Origin: Parcubacteria group bacterium | GTDB lineage: Bacteria > Patescibacteriota > Minisyncoccia > Moranbacterales > UBA2206 | DNA: 64,000 nucleotides | Assembly: GCA_041659505.1 (NCBI GenBank) | Contig: JBAZYF010000002.1 | Location: forward strand, 115,966 to 179,965 | Direction: 5' to 3' | Part shown: positions 1 to 9,868 of the stretch, one piece after another | Layout: each line of letters starts with the position of its first letter | Position numbering within the stretch: the stretch's first letter is position 1 | Position numbers and translations under genes: made by a program | The notes under the pieces: generated by a model | The model's input: the letters and a program-made list of their open reading frames with translations, nothing else | Databases searched by the model: none | Told to the model about the DNA's origin: nothing

Positions 1-2
1 CG

Positions 3-1517
3 CGTGGCAAAATTTTCCGAGAAAAACAATTGATTTTTTTCGTTTCCGCTCGGCTCGCCACCCTGTGCGTCAGCATAGTCCTTAATTTTTTTCCAAAAGT
101 CCCTCCGTGTTTCAATCTCGTTGATCTTAGGACGATAGCTGGAAAAACTCGCCCACATAGAATCGCTCGGATTCCACAGCGTCCGAAAAGATCCGGTTTG
201 CAAGAAAGTATAGTCACGAATTTTCACCTCATCGCCAGCCATTTTTTGTGGAGTGAAGATCGTAAACATCTCGCCGGTCAAGATCGGTCTTACATTCAAG
301 AGAAAAACAAGGCTTGCTCCGAAAAAGACAAAATATTTCAGGAATTTTTTTTGAGCAAAATTTTCAAAAAGATAACTGACAAAAGCGCCGATCAAAATCG
401 CATAGGCCAGGGCGATGGCGAAATAGAACTTGCTCGCTTCGCGAAAGGCATTGAAACCGGGAAAATGCTGATGCAACCAAACATAGGCGCTTTTTAGTGG
501 CAAGGCGTCTTGTTTAGAAAGAAACACAGCCACCAACGCGACAAAAAACCAAAAAACAATTTTCTTGTTTTTGCGTTGCCAATACGCTCCGAGCAATGCC
601 ATTAGCGGAATCAGCCAAAAATAAATTGGGATTTTTTGCGTATCAAACCATTTCGGCTCTCCGCCATTCCAAAAAGGATGAAACAGCGTCAACGCTTCTC
701 CCAGATCCAGCGAGTAATTATTCCCCACCAGACCACGCGCCAAAATATCATTACCTGCCAATGATCCCGTCACTGCCGTGGGCATGAGCCAGAAAAGGTT
801 AAGGAGCAAAATCAAGCTAAAAAAGAGTGCCAGCGCCAAAAAATTTTGGCGGAAAAACAGCTTCTTTCTTTCTCTCCCTTTTTGCATAAATAAAAACCAA
901 AACGGCACCGCCAGAATGATAAAAAACAAAATATAAAAAACCCGAAAATCATGCCCGCCAACCACGACACAAACCAACGCTGACGCGATCAGATTTTTCC
1001 ATCTTCCTGTATCAAAATAACGCCAAAAGAAAAACATCGCCAATGGCGCAAACGTTCCGGCGAGCGTCAAGGAAAAATGCCCCTGGGTGTTTATTGCCAG
1101 ATAATAGGTATTGCACGAAAAAACCAGCGCCGCCACAAACGCCCCGAACTTGTTTTGCAAAACCTGCTTGGCAAAGAGATAGCTGCATAGCGGAGTGAGA
1201 AAGGCGAACGGCCAAAAAATCACAAACTTATCTGCCACATTAGAATCAAGACCGAATGCACCAAAAAAGGCCGGAAAAATTTTCCATGCCCACATCCAAA
1301 TAAACAAATTCGACCCGCCCAAACTGATTTGCGAATCCCAAGCCGAGTAATGTAAAAAATCGCGCGAACTTTCCGAAAACCAAAACCAATAATCGGCATG
1401 GGAAAAAATGCCAAACGACAGCCATTGGTGATAGACAACAGCAGAAATCAAAAGCAAGACCCAGATCGGCCAATGTATTCTCCCCCAAGTTTTAATTTTT
1501 TCGAAGTATTTTTGCAT
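3..1517 (-). CDS. Multi-pass membrane protein, GT-C-like; 3' end runs off the window
   Basis: Manual translation from ATG at 1517 (MQKYFEKIKTWGRIHWPIWVLLLISAVVYHQWLSFGIFSHAD...). Hydrophobic and Trp/Phe-rich. Absent from the ORF track, probably because no stop lies in the window; I did not read every codon to position 3. Confidence 0.7.
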   Translation of the reverse strand, partial: MQKYFEKIKTWGRIHWPIWVLLLISAVVYHQWLSFGIFSHADYWFWFSESSRDFLHYSAWDSQISLGGSNLFIWMWAWKIFPAFFGAFGLDSNVADKFVIFWPFAFLTPLCSYLFAKQVLQNKFGAFVAALVFSCNTYYLAINTQGHFSLTLAGTFAPLAMFFFWRYFDTGRWKNLIASALVCVVVGGHDFRVFYILFFIILAVPFWFLFMQKGRERKKLFFRQNFLALALFFSLILLLNLFWLMPTAVTGSLAGNDILARGLVGNNYSLDLGEALTLFHPFWNGGEPKWFDTQKIPIYFWLIPLMALLGAYWQRKNKKIVFWFFVALVAVFLSKQDALPLKSAYVWLHQHFPGFNAFREASKFYFAIALAYAILIGAFVSYLFENFAQKKFLKYFVFFGASLVFLLNVRPILTGEMFTIFTPQKMAGDEVKIRDYTFLQTGSFRTLWNPSDSMWASFSSYRPKINEIETRRDFWKKIKDYADAQGGEPSGNEKNQLFFSENFAT

Positions 1518-1552
1518 TTTTTGATTTCTACAGTAAGCCTCCCAACTTTCCT

Positions 1553-1561
1553 ATTATACCA
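1553..1561 (-). promoter_or_regulatory. Extended -10 promoter TGGTATAAT
   Basis: attatacca on + strand, 35 nt upstream of ATG 1517. Confidence 0.5.
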
Positions 1562-1671
1562 AGACATCCCTAAGCTGTCACTTTTTGCGCTAAATGCACA
1601 ATATTGAGATTATAAAAAATAGTTTCGTATTTTTTCTCTTAGTGTCATTATACTGATATAATAACACTAAA

Positions 1672-4323
1672 CTATTTTTGGGTCAAATTTTTTCGCTTTC
1701 GCCAATCATAACCCAGATAAACAATACACCCAAGCAACGTCGACAAAGATATTGCCAGCCCGACATAGAAAAGTCGCTGTGGCCAAAACTCCACTACCAT
1801 TTCAAAGTCGTAGGATCCGTCAGCGTTTTTAATGCATTTAACATTGCCATTGTCACAAATCTGATTCGTATCAATTACCCAAGAATTGGCATAGCCGTTG
1901 GCGGTGAGATGATTGGCATTGTTCTCAATCGGACGCCGAAACCAGGTCTCAAAAATATTACCATCGGGCAGATTATCATTCTGAATTGTCCCCTGAAAAT
2001 TCTTGGACACAAAATCAATATTATATTTTTCAACATAATCCGTCTGCTCTTCGCCGTCCACCCATTTCTTATGCTCAATCGCTTTCTCCCGCATATCCCC
2101 CAATGTAGTCACATAACCCTGATCAATATAACTTTGCATCTCATCAACATTAGCCTGATCATCCCCGTTCCCATCTAGGATTTTATAATTCCCCAGCGTG
2201 TCATTCCCGCGAAGGCGGGAATCTAGTCTTTGTCCTGGCGAAGCCAAATAGCCCTTCCATCCCTCATTAAACGATTCCGAAAACACCAACGGAAAAACTC
2301 CCGACGCACCGTGCACTCGCACTCGATATTTGGTTGGATTGATTTTTTTGAATTCCAATGTTGGCATCATCACCCCACCCTCATCTGCGCAAGGAGCAAC
2401 CGCATTAGCCTCTTGAATTTTTTTCAACAGGTCTTCTTTTCCAGCGTTCTGTCCAGCCAGAAACACGGCTGAACGAGTTTGCCACTCCAGACCAGAAAGA
2501 ATATTAGGAAGACTTTCTAGCGGACGGCCAGAAACGAGAGAATTTCGTGGAGTATAAAGATGCGGAAGAAATTGATCTTTTTTTAACTCATAAATCGACA
2601 GTTTTCCAATTTCAGTTTTATTCGTTAGAAAACTACTCTCATCCGCTCCAGTCAAAATAGCGTCTTGCCCGATAAAATTCACATCCGTTTTTTTCTTTTC
2701 CAGAAAATCGACACCCAGATCACTCCTGGCCACCAAAAACCCCACGCTCCGTGTATTTTCATAATTCAAAAATCGTTTGTCATCCGCAATTAAATAATTT
2801 TGCAACTGCTTGTTTAGTTTATCATTATAACTTTCGTCATAGCTAGCGTTATTAAAAAACATTTCCCGAGGAATAAAATAACTAAGTGGCTCTGGCATAT
2901 CATAATTCTGATTGGACCACTCAAATGTCTGATACCAACTCACAATAGGCATTATCTGTGCTTTACTGTCAATTTTCTTTTTTGAAATATACTCATTGAT
3001 CTGATAATAGTAACCAGGGATCTCGAATGGTCTATACAGAGGAAAAAGAAAAAAATACGGAATAAACTTAGCTAAAACGAGAATTGCAATGAAAGCAGAA
3101 AAAAATATTTTGTATTTTTTTCCCTTCAAAAAATCCAAAATATTTATAGACGAATAAGAAACAAAGACAATAAGAATTGGCAGAATCAAGCGATTGAATT
3201 TAAAATAGTCCCTAAAAAGCTTGAAACCTGGAACATGATTCCAAAAGATGCCAAAAATTCCCATAGGATTGTTTGGCCCCAATGAAAAAGTAAAAAAAAC
3301 AACATACAAAATCCATAAAACAATCAGCTGAATTTTTCTTTTTTGATTCTGGTCATTCTTAATAAAATAAATACTGAAAATTGCAAGCAAAACAAAAATG
3401 AAGGAAGCGCCCCTATCGAAAGAAGTGAATACCGCCGGATAAAACTTACCCGCATGATCACCGGTTGTTGAGAAAATAAAATCCAGAGAAGGTCTATTTA
3501 AATAGGTAGTAACATAGTTCAACACACTATCCGTGCTCGCACTATTTTCTGAATATTTAGCATAGTTAGATTTTTCAGTAAGTGCTGAATAGGCATTATT
3601 AAAAATCCAGTAGCTATTTAGAGCCAAAAATATAGCTGAAACTATTATAATATTTTTTAAAGTTAGCCAAATTTTTATTTTTTCTTTTACCGAAATATTT
3701 TTAATAAAAATCTCCACTAGTGAAAAAGAAAAGATAAAAATAATTGACAATAACATCGAATGAAAATCAATTGGAGCGAACAAGAGCACGGCGAGCAACA
3801 AAAACAAATAAAATTTATTTTTGGGACTATTCTTGAATCTTAAAAAATAATACACAGACATCACTAAAAAGAGTGTCCCCCAAATAATTGTCAGGTTGGA
3901 AATGAGCCAAGTCCTCACCATCTCATTGGCAATTACAAAAAAAGAAATTGTAGCGATGAGCCAACAATAGGAAGTTTTTTGCAAACCAAGAACTTCAATT
4001 ACTATTTTATAAGAAAAATAGATTATAGCGCAGAACGCCAATACTGCAGAAAATATACTTGTCATTGGAAATCCTGATAATTCGAAAATAACCTTTAACA
4101 AATTTGGAAATAATGAGGGAAAGAACACGCCTTGATTATCATTAAAACCTTCACTCCAAGAAAACAGGCTATGATGTAAGCTCTGGAGACTATTTATGCT
4201 AAATTGCGTATCTGAATTGCCAAATATGAAATGGTTTTGATAATTGACAAAAAACAATCCCCCCATGAGGATGATAAAAAATAGCTTTATTTTCAGATCT
4301 TTTCTAAAAAAACTTAACCCCAT
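1672..4323 (-). CDS. 883-aa multi-pass membrane protein (GT-C/AftD-YfhO-like) with large extracellular C-terminal region
   Basis: About 12 TM segments, FRDxxK loop (VPGFKLFRDYFKF), C-terminal NGYANSW motif and final TM as in YfhO-type proteins. Confidence 0.65.
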   Translation of the reverse strand: MGLSFFRKDLKIKLFFIILMGGLFFVNYQNHFIFGNSDTQFSINSLQSLHHSLFSWSEGFNDNQGVFFPSLFPNLLKVIFELSGFPMTSIFSAVLAFCAIIYFSYKIVIEVLGLQKTSYCWLIATISFFVIANEMVRTWLISNLTIIWGTLFLVMSVYYFLRFKNSPKNKFYLFLLLAVLLFAPIDFHSMLLSIIFIFSFSLVEIFIKNISVKEKIKIWLTLKNIIIVSAIFLALNSYWIFNNAYSALTEKSNYAKYSENSASTDSVLNYVTTYLNRPSLDFIFSTTGDHAGKFYPAVFTSFDRGASFIFVLLAIFSIYFIKNDQNQKRKIQLIVLWILYVVFFTFSLGPNNPMGIFGIFWNHVPGFKLFRDYFKFNRLILPILIVFVSYSSINILDFLKGKKYKIFFSAFIAILVLAKFIPYFFLFPLYRPFEIPGYYYQINEYISKKKIDSKAQIMPIVSWYQTFEWSNQNYDMPEPLSYFIPREMFFNNASYDESYNDKLNKQLQNYLIADDKRFLNYENTRSVGFLVARSDLGVDFLEKKKTDVNFIGQDAILTGADESSFLTNKTEIGKLSIYELKKDQFLPHLYTPRNSLVSGRPLESLPNILSGLEWQTRSAVFLAGQNAGKEDLLKKIQEANAVAPCADEGGVMMPTLEFKKINPTKYRVRVHGASGVFPLVFSESFNEGWKGYLASPGQRLDSRLRGNDTLGNYKILDGNGDDQANVDEMQSYIDQGYVTTLGDMREKAIEHKKWVDGEEQTDYVEKYNIDFVSKNFQGTIQNDNLPDGNIFETWFRRPIENNANHLTANGYANSWVIDTNQICDNGNVKCIKNADGSYDFEMVVEFWPQRLFYVGLAISLSTLLGCIVYLGYDWRKRKNLTQK
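2200..2226. repeat. REP-like palindrome GTCATTCCCGCGAAGGCGGGAATCTAG inside a CDS
   Basis: ATTCCCGC-GAAG-GCGGGAAT stem plus CTAG foot; translated as LDSRLRGND. Confidence 0.85.
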
Positions 4324-4345
4324 AATAGAAAATCAAAGTTTTGAT

Positions 4346-5059
4346 TTATTTTCTTATCTTAAAAGTCATAAAATGACTATGCGTTTTATCTATATTTCCA
4401 AACCAAGCTGGGAAAGGAAAATACCCAGCACCTGCAATATCCTCAACCCTGAAATCGTATGCCTCAAGATACTCCTTCAGCCCACGTATATTATAAATTC
4501 TAATATGCCCCCAATAATCTATCAACTTCATTTCAGCATGTAAAGAAAAAGGATTTCCTATGCCAGATTTTTTTTTCGAAAAATTAGTCAAAGAAAATAT
4601 TTGCCACCCCATCAAACTAGAAAAAACATTGCACCAACTGCTTGCATTTTCAGTACTTATTATCGCATACCCTCCTGGCTTTAAAATTCTATAAATTTCC
4701 GAGAGAAAGTTGTCTGAATTTGTTAAATGCTCAATAACTTGATTCGCATGAACTACATCGAAATAATTCGATTGCAAATCAAAGGCTCCGTTTAAGTCAA
4801 ACTTATATACACAAACTCCCCGCTCCTCAGCTAACTTTGCTTTTTTATCAGCTATTTCAACTCCGGATATATCATTAGTTTTAATTTTTTTGGCAATTAT
4901 TAGAGTTATGTTACCATCATCACAACCAAGATCGACAAACCTAGCTTCACTATTTAATTCGGCTAATTTTATTATATTTTTAAAATTAAAGCTTACAGCT
5001 TTTTCAAACATCTTCTCTGCCGTGCTCTTGAAACGCCCAATTATTTCTTGAAATATCAT
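4346..5059 (-). CDS. Class I SAM-dependent methyltransferase
   Basis: VDLGCDDG, FDVV, VIEHL and LKPGG motifs. Confidence 0.9.
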   Translation of the reverse strand: MIFQEIIGRFKSTAEKMFEKAVSFNFKNIIKLAELNSEARFVDLGCDDGNITLIIAKKIKTNDISGVEIADKKAKLAEERGVCVYKFDLNGAFDLQSNYFDVVHANQVIEHLTNSDNFLSEIYRILKPGGYAIISTENASSWCNVFSSLMGWQIFSLTNFSKKKSGIGNPFSLHAEMKLIDYWGHIRIYNIRGLKEYLEAYDFRVEDIAGAGYFPFPAWFGNIDKTHSHFMTFKIRK

Positions 5060-5070
5060 ACAATAATTAC

Positions 5071-5745
5071 TTAATTTAATTTTTTAACATTTATCAACTC
5101 AAATGCCACCCGAGGAAAATAATAAACGAAGATTTGACTGAAACTAGCACCAAAAAACCAAAATGGTTTTGGCCAAAATCTTATTGAAGTCATAAGATCA
5201 TCCCCCATTGTGTCACCCTGGACCTCTTGGCGTAAAAATTTCAAACCCGCCAAACCATGACTGTGATATCCGAGTTTTTTCATCTTATCATAATCCCAAC
5301 CAGATAGATGCATCTGTAATGGATTGTTGTCTACGGCCTTTTGCGCAACAAATCCATTCGGTGAAGAAACTATCACTTTTTTCCTTGCCCATTTTTCAGT
5401 TTTTTTCAAAATTTCCATTCCCACCTTTTCGGGTAAGTGCTCCAACACCTCAATCATAATCACTGCATCAAAGCTGTTTTCTGGGAACTCCAAGTCTTCA
5501 ATTTTTTTATCCAAATACTCACTATGAATATTTTTCTTTTTTGATTTCTCCAGATAAGGAGCAAACGCTTCCACGCCAACACTACGCGTTATGTTTTTGC
5601 AATATTGTAGCGGGGAATCCGGTCCGCAACCAAGATCCAAAACTGTTTCACAATCTTCCAACTCCTTCTGTAAATTATAAACCAGGGTATGCAAGACCCT
5701 AGAAATAATTTTATTATGGTATAATTTTTGAATAATTTTTTTCAT
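5071..5745 (-). CDS. Class I SAM-dependent methyltransferase
   Basis: VLDLGCG, SFDAV and EVLEHL motifs. Confidence 0.9.
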   Translation of the reverse strand: MKKIIQKLYHNKIISRVLHTLVYNLQKELEDCETVLDLGCGPDSPLQYCKNITRSVGVEAFAPYLEKSKKKNIHSEYLDKKIEDLEFPENSFDAVIMIEVLEHLPEKVGMEILKKTEKWARKKVIVSSPNGFVAQKAVDNNPLQMHLSGWDYDKMKKLGYHSHGLAGLKFLRQEVQGDTMGDDLMTSIRFWPKPFWFFGASFSQIFVYYFPRVAFELINVKKLN

Positions 5746-5753
5746 GCATCTTT

Positions 5754-6782
5754 CTAATTGTTAAACTGGATACTTTTTAGCTGGTCAGCTATTATATTCA
5801 ATTTATACCAATCAACCAACGGAATCAAAATAAACCTTGGAGTAAGCACTGTCCCCAGCACGAAAAACCAAAATTTCAAATCAAGCACATTTTTTCTTCG
5901 CTCTCTTAATAAGATCTTTATTTCTCGCAAAAGTACGCCGGGCTTAGCATAATTTTTCAATTGAACTAGCCCCATAAAATTGGTCAAAATATGCTCCTCT
6001 CCCCACTTTCTTTGCTTTTCATATTCTTTTCCGGCAAACACCGTTCGATACATTTTGAGCCACGATTCGGTCGGAGAAAGATCATAAATCGAAGAAACCG
6101 ATCTGGTTTGACTGTCCATTATTCCAATTGCAACGGTATACTCCTTGAGAAATACACATTTATGTTTTCGCAGAATTCCCGCAAAAGGATAGATATGCGC
6201 CGGAAAACATTCATCATTAAAAGGTACTTCTAGTAATTCTCTGCGATAAGCCAACCCCGAGAGCTGACCAACTGATTCAAAAATTTTCATAAACTCCTTT
6301 TTGCCATCAAAAATCGAAATGACTTTAGTTTTATTTTCATCATATGGCAAAACCGCTCGCACCGGTTTTTTGATGTCTTTTTCAAACCAAAAATAAGGCC
6401 TCGTTACGACACCAATGTTCTCATCCAGGAGAAAGGCGTCATGCGTTTTTCGTAAAGCATCTTTGGCTAGTATATCATCTTGCGCCATCAAAAACAAGAT
6501 GTCGTTTTGTGCCCGCGAAACAATATTTTGCAGATTAACCGCATAGCCAAGATTCTTTTCGTTTTTATAATATTTAATTCTTGAATCATTGAAAGAATCG
6601 ATTACTTTTTTAGTTTTCTCAATCTCCTTTTTCGGCTCCGGCGGATTATCGTCGCCAATAATAATTTCAAAATTATCAAAATTCTCTTGCTCCAAGACAC
6701 TCCGAAGCATAATCCCAATCAAATGAGAGCTTTTATACACAGGGACACAGATGCTAAAACTGAAAGATTTATTATTCGACAT
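5754..6782 (-). CDS. GT2 glycosyltransferase
   Basis: SICVPVY, EIIIGDD, KNLGY and QDD motifs. Confidence 0.85.
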   Translation of the reverse strand: MSNNKSFSFSICVPVYKSSHLIGIMLRSVLEQENFDNFEIIIGDDNPPEPKKEIEKTKKVIDSFNDSRIKYYKNEKNLGYAVNLQNIVSRAQNDILFLMAQDDILAKDALRKTHDAFLLDENIGVVTRPYFWFEKDIKKPVRAVLPYDENKTKVISIFDGKKEFMKIFESVGQLSGLAYRRELLEVPFNDECFPAHIYPFAGILRKHKCVFLKEYTVAIGIMDSQTRSVSSIYDLSPTESWLKMYRTVFAGKEYEKQRKWGEEHILTNFMGLVQLKNYAKPGVLLREIKILLRERRKNVLDLKFWFFVLGTVLTPRFILIPLVDWYKLNIIADQLKSIQFNN

Positions 6783-7929
6783 TTTCTTGCAATATTCTCA
6801 AATGATTAAGAGCGATCGCATTCCAATCATATTTTTTCACAAAATTGCTAGCCTCAACAGCAATCTCACTTCGTTTATTCTCATTATCAAGCATTTCAAG
6901 AACTTTTAGAGAAAATAGTTCTACGTCATTTTCTTCCAGTTGTAAAGAAAAATTTTCAAAAATTTCCTGATACACTGACAGATTCCAGGAAATCACAGGC
7001 ACACCACAAGCCATCGCTTCTGCCACTGCGATACCGAAACCTTCTTCATGGCTGGGAAATAGAAAAATGCGACTGCGCTTGATGATAGAAAACGATTCAT
7101 CATTCTCCAGAAAACCCAACAGCTCAATATTTTCCCCCAACCCGGCGTCGGCTATTTTCCGTTTCATCTTTTCATTAATCTCGCTACTCCCACCCCCCAT
7201 AATCGCCAACCGCACCTTTGGTTTTTTTTCGACAACTTTTTTCCAGATATCAACCAAATCAAAAATTCCCTTGCTGGGATTCAATCGAGCCAAAAATGTT
7301 GCGTCATATTTTTTCGTATTTTCGCCAATTTTGAGATTTTGAAAATATTCAACATTGATTCCCGGAGTATTAACCGCAAATTTATCCGCGTTAAGTCCAA
7401 AACGCACCAATCCATCTTTAATTTGATAATTTATATTTATTATTTTATCGGCGCGTCTGCAAAGCATAAAGGAAAATTTCTGACAATACTGGGCGAAAAA
7501 ATTTCGCATCTTATTTCCTGGCCGTTTTCTCCAATCAGGATATATATGAAAAATGCATTGAAACCACACCGTCTTTGGATATAGGAGTTTATACAGAAAA
7601 GCAGGAATAACATCCGGAAAAAAATCCGATCCTACATAGAGTATATCAATGTTTTTTTTAAAAACAATACTGCTGGCATAAATCGTCCTCAATACATAGT
7701 TAAATGGTAGCCAGAGCTTATCAAAAAAATGCAAAGACAGGCCAAATTTTATATTTTTGACATCACTCTCGATGGATTTTTTTCCATCAATATTTGTAAT
7801 ACAATAGACCTGAGCGAATTCTTCTCTAACCCGTTTAAATATCTGAATCATCATTTGATCGCCCCCGCTCATCCCTCGGCCATTATTCCAAAACGCATTT
7901 AAAAGAAGAATGATGTTTTTTTTCTTCAT
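6772..7929 (-). CDS. GT4 glycosyltransferase
   Basis: ARLNPSKG and PSHEEGFGIAVAEAMACGVPVI. Confidence 0.9.
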   Translation of the reverse strand: MKKKNIILLLNAFWNNGRGMSGGDQMMIQIFKRVREEFAQVYCITNIDGKKSIESDVKNIKFGLSLHFFDKLWLPFNYVLRTIYASSIVFKKNIDILYVGSDFFPDVIPAFLYKLLYPKTVWFQCIFHIYPDWRKRPGNKMRNFFAQYCQKFSFMLCRRADKIININYQIKDGLVRFGLNADKFAVNTPGINVEYFQNLKIGENTKKYDATFLARLNPSKGIFDLVDIWKKVVEKKPKVRLAIMGGGSSEINEKMKRKIADAGLGENIELLGFLENDESFSIIKRSRIFLFPSHEEGFGIAVAEAMACGVPVISWNLSVYQEIFENFSLQLEENDVELFSLKVLEMLDNENKRSEIAVEASNFVKKYDWNAIALNHLRILQENVE

Positions 7930-7933
7930 CTAA

Positions 7934-8911
7934 TTATTTCTTAGTTAATCTTTCCATATCGGCCTCCATCATCATCTTAACCAATTCCTCAAATTTCACT
8001 TGCGGCTTCCAGCCAAGTTTTTTTCTGGCCTTATCCGATTTCCCTTGCAGAGTGAAAAGCTCCGCCGGTCTTTTGAATCTTGGATCTAGCTTGACATATT
8101 TTTTCCAATCCTTAATTCCTACATGCTCAAAGGCAATATCCAAAAAATCACGGATTGAATGGGTTTCTCCGGTAGAAACAATATAGTTGTCCGGTTTTTC
8201 TTGTTGCAGCATTAGCCACATCGCCTCAACATAATCACCAGCAAAACCCCAGTCCCGTTTACTATCCAAATTTCCCAGTCTGATTTCGTTGGCCAGACCT
8301 AGTTTTATTCGTGCGACACCATCCGTTATTTTCCGAGTCACAAACTCAATCCCTCGGATCGGCGATTCGTGATTGAATAAAATTCCATTAGCGCAAAACA
8401 TCCCGTAACTTTCTTTGAAGTTTATCGCCATCCAATAGGCATATAGTTTCGCAATCGCATAAGGACTGCGCGGATGAAAAGGCGTTTCCTCTGTTTGGAT
8501 TCCCTCTTCGTGACTGTTGCCGAACATCTCACTTGTTGACGCTTGATAAAATTTAGCGTTTGGAGCAAAGTTTTTAATTGCGTTTAGGAGATATAGAACA
8601 CCTAATGCGTTTATTTCCGTAGTCAATCTCGCTTGATCCCAAGAAGCACCCACAAAGGATTGAGCGGCTAAATTATACACTTCGTTGGGATTGACGTTTT
8701 TTATAATATTAGTCAAAGAATTTTCATCAGTCATGTCACCGGAAACATATTCAATTTTTTCAGTGATTCCCAAATAATCTAAATTGGAAAAATTTGGATT
8801 AGTATAGCGTCGAATAAGCCCATAGACTTTATACTCTTTTTCCAAGAGTAACTTTGCCAGATATGGTCCGTCTTGGCCGATGATTCCTGTGATTAGTGCT
8901 GTTTTTTTCAT
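7934..8911 (-). CDS. gmd: GDP-mannose 4,6-dehydratase
   Basis: ALITGIIGQDG, NLAAQSFV, QASTSEMFG, PRSPYAIAK, LFNHESP and RDWGFAGDYV. Confidence 0.96.
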   Translation of the reverse strand: MKKTALITGIIGQDGPYLAKLLLEKEYKVYGLIRRYTNPNFSNLDYLGITEKIEYVSGDMTDENSLTNIIKNVNPNEVYNLAAQSFVGASWDQARLTTEINALGVLYLLNAIKNFAPNAKFYQASTSEMFGNSHEEGIQTEETPFHPRSPYAIAKLYAYWMAINFKESYGMFCANGILFNHESPIRGIEFVTRKITDGVARIKLGLANEIRLGNLDSKRDWGFAGDYVEAMWLMLQQEKPDNYIVSTGETHSIRDFLDIAFEHVGIKDWKKYVKLDPRFKRPAELFTLQGKSDKARKKLGWKPQVKFEELVKMMMEADMERLTKK

Positions 8912-8931
8912 ATTATCATGTATTGTCTATT

Positions 8932-8940
8932 ATTATACCA
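8932..8940 (-). promoter_or_regulatory. Extended -10 promoter TGGTATAAT for gmd
   Basis: attatacca 20 nt upstream of the gmd ATG. Confidence 0.5.
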
Positions 8941-8957
8941 CCCTACTAAAAATTCAC

Positions 8958-9857
8958 CTAAGTCTTCCCGCTAAAAAAATACCTCCACCCATCCCAAAAA
9001 CCTCTCCAATAAATTTTCATCAACTCCGGCCGGCCGGATTTTAGCATCAGGAAAGAATAAGCCAAAGGCCAAAACCAGGAGAAAACCAGCATAAACACCA
9101 GTTTATGATACCAGGCGCCATAGCGCAAAATGATAATGATTCGGTTGCGCATCAGATAATACGCCTTGTCATTATTGAACTGCCCGACCAGCGTCCTTGT
9201 TCCGTGCAGATCTTTTTGGGCAATGTTGTGATAGGTTTTCGCCTCAGGGATCATCCCGCACTTGAAACCGAATTTTCTAGCATTGAACGCAAAGTCCGGT
9301 TCCGTATAATCATTTTTCAGTTTTTCATCAAAATAGCCGGCCGTTTCAAAAACGGTTCTGCGCACCAAAAAAACATTCGGCACACCATCGCTGTCAAAAA
9401 CTTTTTGGGGAGGATTATTTTTTCTGCCAAAAGTCATTCCGGTAAAAAAGTTAATTTCCTGAAAATCCAAATAGTTTTCTTTGTTGTGCCACCAATACAT
9501 CGCCGGCCCCACAATGCCATATTCCGGATTATTTTCCGCAAAATCAAAAAGTGTTTGAAACATTTTCACGTCTAAAATATTATCATCATCGACAAACACG
9601 ACATATTTCCCTTGTGTCGCTCGCGCGCCGATATTTCTTGATTTCACCACCAAACAGTTCTGCGGATTGTGGATGATTTGACTGTTTACAACCGACAAAT
9701 CCTCCGCCACTATTTCTTCCGTCCCGTCACTAGAATTGTCATCCACCACAATCAACTCCCAAGCAATACCCGAAAAATCCGCTTTTTTGATGGAAGCGAC
9801 GCATGCCAAAAGTTGCTCCTTTCTATTGTAAGTTGTAATAATAATTGATACATCCAT
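8958..9857 (-). CDS. GT2 glycosyltransferase (paralog of 18205-19143)
   Basis: SIIITTYNR, IVVDDNSSDGT and FVDDD. Confidence 0.9.
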   Translation of the reverse strand: MDVSIIITTYNRKEQLLACVASIKKADFSGIAWELIVVDDNSSDGTEEIVAEDLSVVNSQIIHNPQNCLVVKSRNIGARATQGKYVVFVDDDNILDVKMFQTLFDFAENNPEYGIVGPAMYWWHNKENYLDFQEINFFTGMTFGRKNNPPQKVFDSDGVPNVFLVRRTVFETAGYFDEKLKNDYTEPDFAFNARKFGFKCGMIPEAKTYHNIAQKDLHGTRTLVGQFNNDKAYYLMRNRIIIILRYGAWYHKLVFMLVFSWFWPLAYSFLMLKSGRPELMKIYWRGFWDGWRYFFSGKT

Positions 9858-9868
9858 AATAGCAAATC

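Noticed and set aside
30-1607. Short ORFs listed in 30-1607 and other short ORFs overlapping long genes
   Set aside because: They are antisense or alternate-frame shadows of well-supported CDSs and show no motifs.
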